Origin: Candidatus Latescibacterota bacterium
GTDB taxonomy: Bacteria; Latescibacterota; UBA2968
NCBI GenBank assembly: GCA_965116885.1
Contig: OZ220741.1
Coordinates: 2,624,001 to 2,688,000, forward strand
Reading direction: 5' to 3'
Length of the DNA stretch: 64,000 bases
How positions within the stretch are numbered: the first letter of the stretch is position 1; each line of letters opens with the position of its first letter. The position numbers were made by a program, and so were the translations under genes. The notes below the pieces were generated by a model. The model was not told where the DNA came from and did no database searches. It saw only the letters and a program-made list of their open reading frames with translations. Positions 1 to 9,617 of the stretch are shown piece by piece.

Positions 1-810
1 AGATGCGTCGGGGTCGGTGATGTCTTCCGTGCCTTCGAGATCGACGATGAGGCGGCGCTCTGTTGTGACGCGGGCGCGAAGGTTTTCGAGCGGGCCGTCG
101 GATAGTATCTGGCCTTGTCCGATGACCATTACCCGCGTGCAGAGGGCTTCGATGTCGTCCAGATCGTGGGTGGTGAGGATGACGGTGACATCGCGTTCCT
201 GGTTGAGGCGTTTGATGAAGTCGCGCACGGCGAGTTTGGAGACGACGTCGAGGCCAATGGTCGGTTCGTCTAAGAAGAGGATTGATGGCCGGTGAATGAG
301 GGCAGCGGCGAGGTCACAGCGCATACGCTGGCCCAGGCTGAGTTGGCGCACGGGTATGTCGAGTAGCGATTCGAGGTCGAGAATGGCGATCATTTCATCG
401 CGGGTTTGCGCGTATTGGTGATGATCGACGCGATAGATGTCGCGGAGCAGGTCAAAAGATTCGATGACGGGCAGGTCCCACCACAATTGCGTGCGCTGCC
501 CAAAGACCACGCCGATTTGTGCGACGTGGGCGATGCGTTCTTTCCAGGGCACACGGCCGAGGATTTCACAGCGGCCAGAATCGGGTACGAGGATGCCGGA
601 CAAAACTTTGACGGTGGTGGATTTGCCCGCGCCATTGGGGCCGATGTAACCGATGAGTTCACCGGGTTCAATGGCGAAGGAGATGCCGTTGAGGGCTGTT
701 ATCTGGCGGTAGTTGCGGTGCATGACGCCGCGCAGAGCACCCCACACACCGGGCTGGCGTTGGGCGATTTGGAAGGTTTTGACGAGGTTTTCGATAATGA
801 TGTGGGGCAT
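1..810 (-). CDS. ABC transporter ATP-binding protein (runs off window start)
   Basis: Manual translation from ATG at 810: MPHIIIENLVKTF; Walker A GPNGAGKST, signature LSLGQ, Walker B ILFLDEPT, H-loop LTTHD; no stop before position 1. Confidence 0.9.
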   Translation of the reverse strand, partial: MPHIIIENLVKTFQIAQRQPGVWGALRGVMHRNYRQITALNGISFAIEPGELIGYIGPNGAGKSTTVKVLSGILVPDSGRCEILGRVPWKERIAHVAQIGVVFGQRTQLWWDLPVIESFDLLRDIYRVDHHQYAQTRDEMIAILDLESLLDIPVRQLSLGQRMRCDLAAALIHRPSILFLDEPTIGLDVVSKLAVRDFIKRLNQERDVTVILTTHDLDDIEALCTRVMVIGQGQILSDGPLENLRARVTTERRLIVDLEGTEDITDPDAS

Positions 811-937
811 GGCGCAATGTACAGGGTTTACATTTCTTCGTGTTTATTAGACGGGTATCTCGGCGGGTGTGTTTTGATTTGTGGGAATTTTTTTAACTGG
901 ACGAATCCCGCGAGATGTGGTTTTGCATAAAAATATA

Positions 938-972
938 GCGTGCCCGATTCGTACATAAAGAATCGGGCACGC
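938..972 (-). terminator. Intrinsic terminator downstream of the SUF operon
   Basis: 13-bp perfect inverted repeat GCGTGCCCGATTC/GAATCGGGCACGC just after the nfuA stop, followed by a T-rich tract on the minus strand. Confidence 0.65.
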
Positions 973-999
973 GCTTTTGTAGAGATGGAATCCAGATCT

Positions 1000-1584
1000 T
1001 TACTGCGTGGTCTGGTAATACGGGTTGGTGCCTTCGGCGTGGTCTGTGATATCGCGGATGTTTGCGATTTCGGGAACAGCTTCTTTGATCATGACTTCCA
1101 CGCCCTGTTTGAGGGTGACATCGACCATCCCACAGCCCTGACATCCGCCGCCAAATTGGAGAAAGGCCGTGTCTTCTTTCACATCGACCAGTGATACGTG
1201 ACCGCCGTGTGCGGCAATGCCCGGGTTGATTTTTTCGTCGATTACCATTTGGATTTTTTCAGCCACACTGCCTTTGAGGTGCGGGGGCACTTTGTGTGGG
1301 TTGTCAATTTTGAAGCCGCGTCCCATCAGGCCATCGACAAAGTCGAGCGTGATGTCCTGGGTATAAGGCACGCTGTTTTCGTCAATGTAAATGTTGAAGC
1401 CGTCGTATGGTATTGTGGTGTCGCGGTCGTTGTCCTGTCCTTCGGCAACAAATGCGAGGCGGTAGTTGGCCTGTAAGGGCGATGTTGCTTCGGCGGTGAT
1501 GCGCACGCCTGTGATCACCTGTTCTTGATCGTTTATTAAGCGGGTGATTTCTGTTTGTGCAACGTCTGTGACGGTGATTTCCAT
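1000..1584 (-). CDS. nfuA: NfuA-type Fe-S carrier (degenerate A-type domain + NifU-C domain)
   Basis: N-terminal A-type-like domain (FKIDNP) and NifU-C motif INPGIAAHGG...GGGCQGC. Confidence 0.85.
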   Translation of the reverse strand: MEITVTDVAQTEITRLINDQEQVITGVRITAEATSPLQANYRLAFVAEGQDNDRDTTIPYDGFNIYIDENSVPYTQDITLDFVDGLMGRGFKIDNPHKVPPHLKGSVAEKIQMVIDEKINPGIAAHGGHVSLVDVKEDTAFLQFGGGCQGCGMVDVTLKQGVEVMIKEAVPEIANIRDITDHAEGTNPYYQTTQ

Positions 1585-1603
1585 GAATTTTCTCCTATGT
1601 CAA

Positions 1604-2086
1604 TTACGGCATTGTGACTTGTAAGAGTTCGTCTGCTTTGTGCGCGAGATGATTTTCGAGCTGGTGCCCATCTCCCATCAGGTCTTGCAATGTAATGCGG
1701 TCAAGCATCTGGTCAACCACAAATTGGATGGCGTTCCAGAGGGAGCGAATTGAGCAATCGACAGAATGTGTGCAGCAGGCTTCATAGCCGGTGTGTTCGT
1801 CGCAAAAGTCTTCGTTGAAGAACGGGTCACCGAGGGCACCGAGTACATCGGAGATCAGGATTTCACTGGCGGGACGAGCCAATTTGTATCCGCCGGTTTG
1901 ACCGCGCACGCTTTCGACGAGGTTGCCCAGGCGCAAGAGGCGGACGAGTTTGCCGACATGGGCGGTGGATAATCCTTCGGCGCGGCTGATTTCGGGAATC
2001 GAAATGCTGCCACCTGTTTCAGATGCACGCTGTGCTACTTGCATGAGACAGCGAAGGCCGTATTCTTCTTGTGTGCTCAATTTCAT
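1604..2086 (-). CDS. Rrf2-family transcriptional regulator (IscR/SufR-like)
   Basis: YGLRCL, SVRGQTGGYKLARPASEI motif and C-terminal Cys cluster (FC..ACC..DC); lies inside the SUF operon. Confidence 0.9.
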   Translation of the reverse strand: MKLSTQEEYGLRCLMQVAQRASETGGSISIPEISRAEGLSTAHVGKLVRLLRLGNLVESVRGQTGGYKLARPASEILISDVLGALGDPFFNEDFCDEHTGYEACCTHSVDCSIRSLWNAIQFVVDQMLDRITLQDLMGDGHQLENHLAHKADELLQVTMP

Positions 2087-2114
2087 AAAAGAACCTTTTC
2101 AGTGAGAGGCATTG

Positions 2115-2555
2115 TCAAAACATGCCCAATTCGAGTTTGGCCGCTTCTGACATGCGTTCTGGCGTCCAGGGAGGGTCGAATACGAGATCGAGTTTGACAT
2201 CGTAAACGCCTTCGACCGATCGGGCTGCAGATTCGATCTGTCCGGGCAAAATACCCGCGGCGGGGCAATTGGGCGCTGTGAGTGTCATTTGAACATAGGT
2301 ATTGCCGTCTTCTTCCACTTTGATCTCGTAGATGAGGCCCAGTTCGTAAATGTCAACGGGGATTTCTGGATCATATACTGTTTTGAGTGCTTTTACGATT
2401 TCTTTTTTTACGGCTTCGGTGTCGATGGGGCCTTCTGGCGGAGATTTTTCCGCGGGTGTTTCCGGCGTTTCAATATCGTGAACTTCTTCAGTATGGTCGG
2501 AATCATCGTTGGACTGTGCGTCTGTGTCTTTGCGGAAGATGTTCAGGAGGCTCAT
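2115..2555 (-). CDS. sufT: DUF59/SufT Fe-S assembly protein
   Basis: YDPEIPVDIYELGLIY, TLTAPNCP and FDPPW motifs. Confidence 0.85.
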   Translation of the reverse strand: MSLLNIFRKDTDAQSNDDSDHTEEVHDIETPETPAEKSPPEGPIDTEAVKKEIVKALKTVYDPEIPVDIYELGLIYEIKVEEDGNTYVQMTLTAPNCPAAGILPGQIESAARSVEGVYDVKLDLVFDPPWTPERMSEAAKLELGMF

Positions 2556-2558
2556 GTG

Positions 2559-3011
2559 TTATCTCTCTGTTGTTATAGGCGTTTGGACATTGTCTATGGC
2601 TGCCCGAAGCGCGTGCCACGATAGGGTCGCGCATTTGATACGGGTGGGATAGTCGCGCACGCCGGCAAAAACGAATAATTTGCCCATCTGATCGAGGCCG
2701 AGATTGCTGGATGGGTCGGTGAGCATCGCTTGAAAGTCTTTGAAATAGGTTTCTGTTTCACCGAGGGTTTTGCCTTTGATGGTTTCGGTCATTAAAGAAG
2801 CCGATGCTTTGGAAATGGCGCAGCCCGAACCCTGAAAGCCGATGTCTTTTATGCGGTCGCCGTGGAGTTGAAGATAAACTTCCACTTTATCGCCGCACAG
2901 TGGATTATAGCCTTTGGCAAAGCGGTCTGCTGGATCGAGTACGCGAAAATTTCTGGGGTTTTTGTTGTGATCCAGAATGAGTTGCTGATAGAGTTCGCGC
3001 AAATCTGACAT
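2559..3011 (-). CDS. sufU: SufU (NifU-family) sulfur transfer protein
   Basis: LYQQLILDH, NPLCGD, GSGCAIS, RIKCA motifs. Confidence 0.9.
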   Translation of the reverse strand: MSDLRELYQQLILDHNKNPRNFRVLDPADRFAKGYNPLCGDKVEVYLQLHGDRIKDIGFQGSGCAISKASASLMTETIKGKTLGETETYFKDFQAMLTDPSSNLGLDQMGKLFVFAGVRDYPTRIKCATLSWHALRAAIDNVQTPITTER

Positions 3012-4291
3012 CAGCCAAAAATCTTTCGCACGGTGTGAAGGCCAGAGACCAGCGCGTCAATGTCTTCACGCGTGTTGTAAAGTGCCAGGGAAGCGCGCGT
3101 TGCTGCGGGTATGTCGTAGTGTTTCATAATGGGTTGCGCGCAGTGGTGCCCGGCGCGAACGGCGACGCCGGCCTGGTCGAGAATGGTGCCCACATCGTGG
3201 GGATGAATATCGGCGAGGGTAAATGAGAGCACGCCTACTTTGCGCTCGGCTGTGCCGATCAGGTTGAGGTCCGGCACGTCGCGCAGTGCGTCGTGTGCGT
3301 ATTCCAGCAGATTGGCTTCGTATTTTGCCGCGCCATCAAAGTCGATACTGTTGAGGTAATCAATGGCGACACCCAGGCCAATACTGCCCGCGATATTGGG
3401 CGTTCCCGCTTCAAATTTGTTGGGCAAGTTTCCATACGTGATATTGTCGAAGTCAACGTTTTGGATCATGCTGCCGCCACCCTGGTAGGGCGGCATGGTG
3501 TCGAGATATGTTTCGCAGCCATACAGGACGCCAATGCCCGTGGGTGCAAACATTTTGTGTCCCGAGAAGGTGTAGAACTCGCAGCCGAGGGCGCGGACAT
3601 CCACGCGCTGATGGGGCACGGCTTGTGCGCCGTCGATATGTACGGGCACGCCGTGTGCGTGCGCGATTTGCACGATTTCTTCTACGGGATTGACTGTGCC
3701 GAGCACATTGGAAATGTGTACGATGGAGACGAGTTTTGTGTGCGGGGAGAATAGGGTTTGATAGGTGTCCATGCAGAGTTCGCCCCGGTCGTTCATGGGG
3801 ATGACGCGCAGTTTGGCTCCCTTTTCCCGGCAGAGCATCCACCAGGGGACGATGTTGGAATGGTGCTCCATTTCGGTGATGATGATTTCATCGCCCTCGC
3901 CGATTTGCTCGCGCCCAAAGGTCTGAGCAATGAGGTTGATGCCTTCAGTGGTTCCGCGCACAAAGATGATTTCTCTATCTGTGGCCGCGTTGATAAAGGT
4001 CGCCACCTTTCTTCTGGCGGCTTCATAAACATCGGTCGCTATTTGCGAGAGGTGGTGTACGCCTCTGTGTACATTGGCATTCTGGTCGGTGTAATAATGC
4101 GAGAGGGCATCGATGACTGCGCGGGGTTTTTGCGATGTGGCGCCATTGTCGAGGTACACGAGCGGTTGACCCTGGACTTGTTGGCCCAAAATGGGGAAGT
4201 CCGCGCGAATGCGGCGCACGTCAAAAGGCAGTGCCGGGCGCACGGCTGGCTCGGGCGGTTGGAGCGTTAATATGTCCAGAGGCGAATTCAT
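3011..4291 (-). CDS. sufS: Cysteine desulfurase SufS
   Basis: YLDNGATSQKP, SGHK (PLP lysine), RAGHHCA group-II motif. Confidence 0.95.
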   Translation of the reverse strand: MNSPLDILTLQPPEPAVRPALPFDVRRIRADFPILGQQVQGQPLVYLDNGATSQKPRAVIDALSHYYTDQNANVHRGVHHLSQIATDVYEAARRKVATFINAATDREIIFVRGTTEGINLIAQTFGREQIGEGDEIIITEMEHHSNIVPWWMLCREKGAKLRVIPMNDRGELCMDTYQTLFSPHTKLVSIVHISNVLGTVNPVEEIVQIAHAHGVPVHIDGAQAVPHQRVDVRALGCEFYTFSGHKMFAPTGIGVLYGCETYLDTMPPYQGGGSMIQNVDFDNITYGNLPNKFEAGTPNIAGSIGLGVAIDYLNSIDFDGAAKYEANLLEYAHDALRDVPDLNLIGTAERKVGVLSFTLADIHPHDVGTILDQAGVAVRAGHHCAQPIMKHYDIPAATRASLALYNTREDIDALVSGLHTVRKIFG

Positions 4292-5613
4292 GCCGTGTCC
4301 TTTGCATCGATGTGTTCGAGGCGAGTGTCGATTAAGTCGCTCAGGTGTGACCGCACGGGGGCGAGGGTCACGCGCCCGATAATATCATCGGCAAAAGCGC
4401 GGAGTAAAATGTGCTTTGCCTCGGCTTTGGGAATGCCGCGCGCTTGCAGGTAAAAGAGCGCGTTTTCGTCGAGTTGGCCTATTGTTGCGCCATGCGAGCA
4501 TTTGACTTCGTCGGCGTAGATTTCGAGCTGGGGTTTGGTGTTGACGCGCGCGTTGTCCGAAAGCAGAATATTTTCGTTTTGCTGGTAGGCATCTGTGTGT
4601 TGCGCTTTTTGATGGACGTGAATTTTTCCCCGAAAAATCGCGCGAGAAGATCCTCCCAGAATTCCTTTGTAGAGTTCGTGGCTGGGGCAATGGGGTTCGG
4701 CGTGCTCAAGCAGGGTATAATTATCGACGTGTTGGGATCCTTCGAGGGCATAAAATCCATTGACGGTGGCTTCGCTGCCTTCGCCGCGCAGGTACGCGCT
4801 TACGTCGTTGCGAACAAATGCCCCGCCGAGTGTAAAATCGTGAAAGGTCATCCTGCTGCTGCGCCCGAGTTGTGCCTGAAAATTGGCGACGTGCAAACCC
4901 GCTGTGCCCTGCAATTCGAGGCGGATACAATTCACGCTGGCATTGTCGCGGGCGATAATTTCTGTGACTGCATTGGTGAGATAAGTCTCTGTGCCCGTTC
5001 CCGCATAGGTTTCAACAATTGAGAGCTGGCTGTTCTCATCCGCGATGATCAGGTTGCGCGGATGAGATATTGTGGGGGTTTCTGACGCCGTTGTGATAAA
5101 GAGGATATGTACGGGGACTTCTACTGCGACATTGCGCTGAACATGGATGAATACGCCATCGCGCATGAATGCTGTGTTGAGGGCGGTGAAGGCCAAATCT
5201 GCGGTTTGTGCGAGTTTGCCCAGATGCGCTTTGACGAGTGGATGGTCGTAAACATCGGCGAGGTTGGCGATGGTTATGCCTTCTGGTATGTCAGATGTGT
5301 GTTCTGGCGCGTAATGCCCATTGACGAATACGAGGCGGATGCCTTGCAGGTCGGGATAGATGAAGGGTGCCAGTTCTGCATCTGCAAGGGCGGCAGGGGG
5401 GGCAGGTCCATAATCGAGTCTGGTGAGCGCAGATGGATTCACGCTTTTCCAGGCTTCATCTGCGGTGGTGGGATATCCCAGGCGGTTAAAGTCGGCTATT
5501 GCGCGTTGGCGCAATGCGCGCAGTGGCTGACCATTGAGGCTGGATTCAAATTTTTGAATCCAGGATGTGTGATTAGACGCTGTGTGTCGCGTGTTCTTCT
5601 TTGATCCAGTCAT
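4288..5613 (-). CDS. sufD: Fe-S assembly protein SufD (start uncertain; ATG at 5613 chosen)
   Basis: KPQLEIYADEVKCSHGATIG and FYLQARGI motifs; position between sufC and sufS. Confidence 0.9.
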   Translation of the reverse strand: MTGSKKNTRHTASNHTSWIQKFESSLNGQPLRALRQRAIADFNRLGYPTTADEAWKSVNPSALTRLDYGPAPPAALADAELAPFIYPDLQGIRLVFVNGHYAPEHTSDIPEGITIANLADVYDHPLVKAHLGKLAQTADLAFTALNTAFMRDGVFIHVQRNVAVEVPVHILFITTASETPTISHPRNLIIADENSQLSIVETYAGTGTETYLTNAVTEIIARDNASVNCIRLELQGTAGLHVANFQAQLGRSSRMTFHDFTLGGAFVRNDVSAYLRGEGSEATVNGFYALEGSQHVDNYTLLEHAEPHCPSHELYKGILGGSSRAIFRGKIHVHQKAQHTDAYQQNENILLSDNARVNTKPQLEIYADEVKCSHGATIGQLDENALFYLQARGIPKAEAKHILLRAFADDIIGRVTLAPVRSHLSDLIDTRLEHIDAKDTA

Positions 5614-6334
5614 AGCCTTTTTCTTCCAGTTCCAGGGCGAGTGTTTTGTCGCCCGATTGCACGATGCGTCCGTCGAGCATAACGTGGACAAAGTCGGGCA
5701 CGATATTGTTGAGCAAGCGCTGATAGTGCGTGACCACAATGGTCGCTTTGTCCGCGCTGTGGAGTGTATTGACGCCGTTGGCAACAACGCGCAGAGCGTC
5801 GATATCGAGTCCAGAATCGGTTTCGTCGAGTATGGCGAGGCGGGGTTCCAGAACAGCCATTTGCAGAATTTCATGGCGTTTTTTTTCGCCGCCAGAAAAG
5901 CCCTCGTTGACCGAACGTTTGAGGAATTTTTCGTCCATTTCGACCAGTTTGAGTTTGTCGCGAATCAGTGTGAGAAAGTCTATGGCATCGACTTCTTCTT
6001 CATCTCTGGCTGTTCGAAGGGCGTTGAGTGCTGTGCGCAAGAAGTACGCGCTGTTGACACCGGGTATTTCTACCGGGTACTGAAAGGCGAGGAAGACGCC
6101 CTGTGCAGCGCGTTCATCCGGGTCCATATCGAGCAGGTCCTGGTCCTCGTAGATGACTTCGCCCGTTGTAACGCTATAGGCTTCGTGACCCGCGAGCACC
6201 TGAGCCAATGTGCTTTTGCCCGACCCGTTGGGTCCCATGATGGCGTGGGTTTCTCCCGCGTTGACCGTGAGGTCGATGCCGTGGAGAATTTCCGCGCCTT
6301 CCACACCTGCGTGCAGATTCCGAATTTCGAGCAT
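5573..6334 (-). CDS. sufC: Fe-S assembly ATPase SufC
   Basis: MLEIRNLH start, GPNGSGKST, NEGFSGGEKKR, ILDETDSGLDIDA, VTHYQRLL. Confidence 0.95.
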   Translation of the reverse strand: MLEIRNLHAGVEGAEILHGIDLTVNAGETHAIMGPNGSGKSTLAQVLAGHEAYSVTTGEVIYEDQDLLDMDPDERAAQGVFLAFQYPVEIPGVNSAYFLRTALNALRTARDEEEVDAIDFLTLIRDKLKLVEMDEKFLKRSVNEGFSGGEKKRHEILQMAVLEPRLAILDETDSGLDIDALRVVANGVNTLHSADKATIVVTHYQRLLNNIVPDFVHVMLDGRIVQSGDKTLALELEEKGYDWIKEEHATHSV

Positions 6335-6359
6335 GTTATTTGGTTCCTTAGATTGTGAT

Positions 6360-7829
6360 CTATCCGACACTGCCTTCGAGGCTGATGCCGAGGAGTTTCT
6401 GAGCTTCGACTGCAAATTCCATGGGCAGTTCTGCGAGGACTTCTTTGCAGAAGCCATTGACGATCATTGAGACGGCGTCTTCTGTGGAGATGCCGCGCTG
6501 GTTACAATAGAAGATCTGGTCTTCGCCTATTTTGGATGTGGTGGCTTCGTGCTCGACCTGCGCCGATGGGTTGCGCACGTCGATATAGGGAAAGGTGTGT
6601 GCGCCGCACTGGTCGCCGATGAGCATGGAGTCGCATTGGGTAAAGTTTCTGGCGTTGTGCGCGCCTTTGAGTACTTGCACGGCGCCGCGATAGGTGTTTT
6701 GTCCGCGCAGGGCGGATATGCCTTTGGAGATGATGGTACTTCGGGTGTTTTTCCCTATGTGAATCATTTTTGTGCCGGTGTCGGCCTGTTGTTTGAGAGA
6801 GGTGACGGCGACAGAGTAAAATTCGCCGACGGAGTTGTCCCCCTGAAGAATGCAACTGGGATATTTCCAGGTGATGGCCGATCCGGTTTCGACCTGTGTC
6901 CACGAGATTTTGGAATTTGCGCCCCGACAGGCACCGCGTTTGGTGACGAAGTTGTAGATGCCTCCCCTGCCGTCTATGTCGCCGGGATACCAGTTTTGGA
7001 CGGTGGAGTATTTGATCTGCGCATTGTCGAGTGCGACGAGTTCGACCACGGCTGCGTGGAGTTGATTTTCGTCGCGCATTGGCGCCGTACAGCCTTCTAA
7101 ATACGATACATAAGCACCTTCTTCGGCGATGACGAGCGTGCGCTCAAACTGCCCGGTGTTGGCGGCGTTGATGCGGAAATACGTCGATAATTCCATTGGG
7201 CAGCGCACGCCTTTGGGGATATAGCAAAAGGACCCATCGCTAAAGACAGCCGAATTGAGGGCGGCAAAATAATTGTCGGTGTGCGGGACGACAGAACCGA
7301 GATACTGGCGCACGAGGTCCGGGTGATCTTGCACGGCTTCTGAAAAAGAGCAAAAGATAACGCCCGCTTCGGCGAGTGTTTCCTTAAAGGTGGTGGCGAC
7401 TGAGACACTGTCAAAGACTGCATCGACAGCCACACCGGCGAGCATTTTTTGTTCTTCGAGAGGGATGCCGAGCTTTTCATAGGTGGCGAGCAGTTCGGGA
7501 TCGACTTCGTCCAGGCTTGCGGGACCGTCGTCTGCGTTTTTCGGCGCTGCGTAATACACGATGCTTTGATAGTCGATATCGGGGTAGGTAACCATGGCCC
7601 ACTGTTCGCTTTTTTTGCGTTTGAGCGGGTCTGTCATGGTCAGCCAGTGGCGATAGGCTTTTAAGCGCCATTCGAGCAGCCAGTCGGGTTCATTTTTTTT
7701 CTCTGAAATAAACCGAATAATGTCTTCATTCAGACCTGGGGGGGCAGATTCCTGCTCGATATCTGTCACCCATCCAAATTTGTAATCACTCGTTGCGAGT
7801 GTTTCAAGTTCCTGGGTCTGTGAACTCAT
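6360..7829 (-). CDS. sufB: Fe-S assembly protein SufB
   Basis: [40 protein letters not shown]-terminus; AAGGAG RBS. Confidence 0.97.
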   Translation of the reverse strand: MSSQTQELETLATSDYKFGWVTDIEQESAPPGLNEDIIRFISEKKNEPDWLLEWRLKAYRHWLTMTDPLKRKKSEQWAMVTYPDIDYQSIVYYAAPKNADDGPASLDEVDPELLATYEKLGIPLEEQKMLAGVAVDAVFDSVSVATTFKETLAEAGVIFCSFSEAVQDHPDLVRQYLGSVVPHTDNYFAALNSAVFSDGSFCYIPKGVRCPMELSTYFRINAANTGQFERTLVIAEEGAYVSYLEGCTAPMRDENQLHAAVVELVALDNAQIKYSTVQNWYPGDIDGRGGIYNFVTKRGACRGANSKISWTQVETGSAITWKYPSCILQGDNSVGEFYSVAVTSLKQQADTGTKMIHIGKNTRSTIISKGISALRGQNTYRGAVQVLKGAHNARNFTQCDSMLIGDQCGAHTFPYIDVRNPSAQVEHEATTSKIGEDQIFYCNQRGISTEDAVSMIVNGFCKEVLAELPMEFAVEAQKLLGISLEGSVG

Positions 7830-7874
7830 TGTAGCACTCCTTATTATGGTCTAAAAAGTAGTCGTGCAATGGCA

Positions 7875-7903
7875 AACTTACCTTAAATATACAAAAATGT
7901 CAA
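7875..7903 (-). promoter_or_regulatory. Sigma70-type promoter of the SUF operon
   Basis: Minus strand TTGACA-17 nt-TAAGTT upstream of sufB. Confidence 0.6.
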
Positions 7904-7967
7904 GATTAAAAATACAAAAAAAGCCCCAAAATAATTTGTTGTAAAGTAACATATTAGAGATGATAAA

Positions 7968-8390
7968 CTATCCCCATGCCTTGCCGCTGGCACGCCTGCG
8001 ACGCTTGCTGCCGGGCAGGTCTTTTTTGGCAACGGCAAAGCCGAGCAGTCCTTTTTGCCCCAGCTTTTTGAGATAGGCGAGCAGGGATATTTCGGCTTCT
8101 TTCACGTTGAGCTGGTGGGTTTTGCTCAGGCGTTTGATGATGGCTTCGACGGTTGTGCGCCCATCGCACATATCCCAGACCTGTGCACCAATTTCGTCGA
8201 GTACCAGTGTTTTCTGTTGGGGAATCCAAAAAAGTTTAGACAGAGTGCGCACTTTCCAGGAATCGCCGCGGGTAAGGGTGACGTGGATCTCGCCGTCGTC
8301 GTTTTTTTTCCATTCGACCTGATTGTTGCGAACGGGCTTGGATTGGAACATGGCCTCGCGACCAATTTTGGGTTGTTTTTTGAATAGCAT
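7968..8390 (-). CDS. PqqD-family (RiPP recognition element-like) protein
   Basis: LDEIGAQVWDMCDGRTTVEAIIKRL...YLKKLGQKGLL matches the PqqD winged-helix pattern. Confidence 0.75.
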   Translation of the reverse strand: MLFKKQPKIGREAMFQSKPVRNNQVEWKKNDDGEIHVTLTRGDSWKVRTLSKLFWIPQQKTLVLDEIGAQVWDMCDGRTTVEAIIKRLSKTHQLNVKEAEISLLAYLKKLGQKGLLGFAVAKKDLPGSKRRRRASGKAWG

Positions 8391-8429
8391 AACGGGACTC
8401 CGCTAAATAGACAGGGTATATGTATTCTG

Positions 8430-9371
8430 TCAGGAAATGGCTGTTACATCTTTGCAATAGGCATCGAGGTTTGGGGCACCTTCGGATTTTTTCCAGAAGG
8501 TCTGTACAACAAAAATTTTATTGGTCTCCATATCGGTCCAAATCCGTCCCGAAAGATTCTGGCGGGGGCGCATGTTCCAAAAGGGCAAGGGTTGAAGAAG
8601 GCCCTGCCATCGGCTTTTAGGATGTCCATTGACCGAGAGCACGATGTTGGTGCCCTCGGTTTGGATATCGGTTTCAATGTGAATATGTCGAAGGTCTTTT
8701 GTAAAAAATTCAACATACCATTCATCGAGGTCTTTGCTATTGAGAATTGTGCGCGCTAAGCTGAAGCGGTCAATATTGAGCCGCGTGCTGTCTTTTTGAA
8801 ATCTCAAGCCTATATGCCCGGATTTGAGTTCAAAATTTTCGAGTTCGTATTCTGGAGGAGATTGGCAGATCAAATCGTAGAGTGCCCAGGTCAGGGGACC
8901 GCCGGGCGGGGTGTCCCGCAGGGTGTTGAGGACGAGGGGCAAAACGGCGTCGAGGTTTTCGTCTGTGCGTCCCATAATTCGAATAAAAATGAGCCGATCC
9001 GAGGCTGGACTATACGTCGCGAGGGTGTGTACTGTGTAACGCGATTCCCACACAAAATACTGCGTGTTTTGCATGGCGGGAAGGTCGAGGTCAATGGCTT
9101 TGGGGTCGCGTTCAACGCGCAGGCGGCTTTTTTGTTTTTTGGCATTTTTTGCCAGACCTTCGATGTAGCGATCCACAATTTGCGCCACGCGGTCATCCCC
9201 CCGCGCTTCTTTCCATTCGAGTTCGAGGCGTGCAATTTGAGAGTCGTCGAGGCGCACTTCGCCCGAGTTGGCCTCTCCCGATATTTTGCCCGGGTTCCAT
9301 TCTGATGGGATGTTCAGGCCAATGCCATGCCAGGCAAAGGGTATGTATTCGTCAAATGTGAGATTTTTCAT
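8430..9371 (-). CDS. Hypothetical protein, probably co-transcribed with the PqqD-family gene
   Basis: 313-aa ORF ending 39 nt before the PqqD-like gene; no recognisable catalytic motif. Confidence 0.75.
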   Translation of the reverse strand: MKNLTFDEYIPFAWHGIGLNIPSEWNPGKISGEANSGEVRLDDSQIARLELEWKEARGDDRVAQIVDRYIEGLAKNAKKQKSRLRVERDPKAIDLDLPAMQNTQYFVWESRYTVHTLATYSPASDRLIFIRIMGRTDENLDAVLPLVLNTLRDTPPGGPLTWALYDLICQSPPEYELENFELKSGHIGLRFQKDSTRLNIDRFSLARTILNSKDLDEWYVEFFTKDLRHIHIETDIQTEGTNIVLSVNGHPKSRWQGLLQPLPFWNMRPRQNLSGRIWTDMETNKIFVVQTFWKKSEGAPNLDAYCKDVTAIS

Positions 9372-9533
9372 GGTGTTTTTCCGTTCAGTGCTCGTGCGCC
9401 TGCGCTCACACAGATAAGATACAAGGGGGTATTTGCGGTGTCAAGAGAGGATATGTAGATGTATTTACGTTGTTTAGTGTAGATGAGATGGGGAAAGATA
9501 ATATATTTTTTAAAAATTATTTGAGATGAAAAC

Positions 9534-9562
9534 TTGACGGATGCACGAACGTTCACTATATT
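9534..9562 (+). promoter_or_regulatory. Sigma70 promoter of lexA with candidate SOS box in the spacer
   Basis: TTGACG-17 nt-TATATT; spacer contains TGCAC-GAAC-GTTCA (9542-9555). Confidence 0.7.
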
Positions 9563-9617
9563 CAAATGTGCAGGTTATGGATATATGCGTTTTGGACTGA
9601 TAATAAGGAGGTGTGTT

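Noticed and set aside
5614..5874. N-terminal extension of the 528-aa sufD ORF
   Set aside because: Lies in another frame inside sufC; no evidence for a frameshift or fusion
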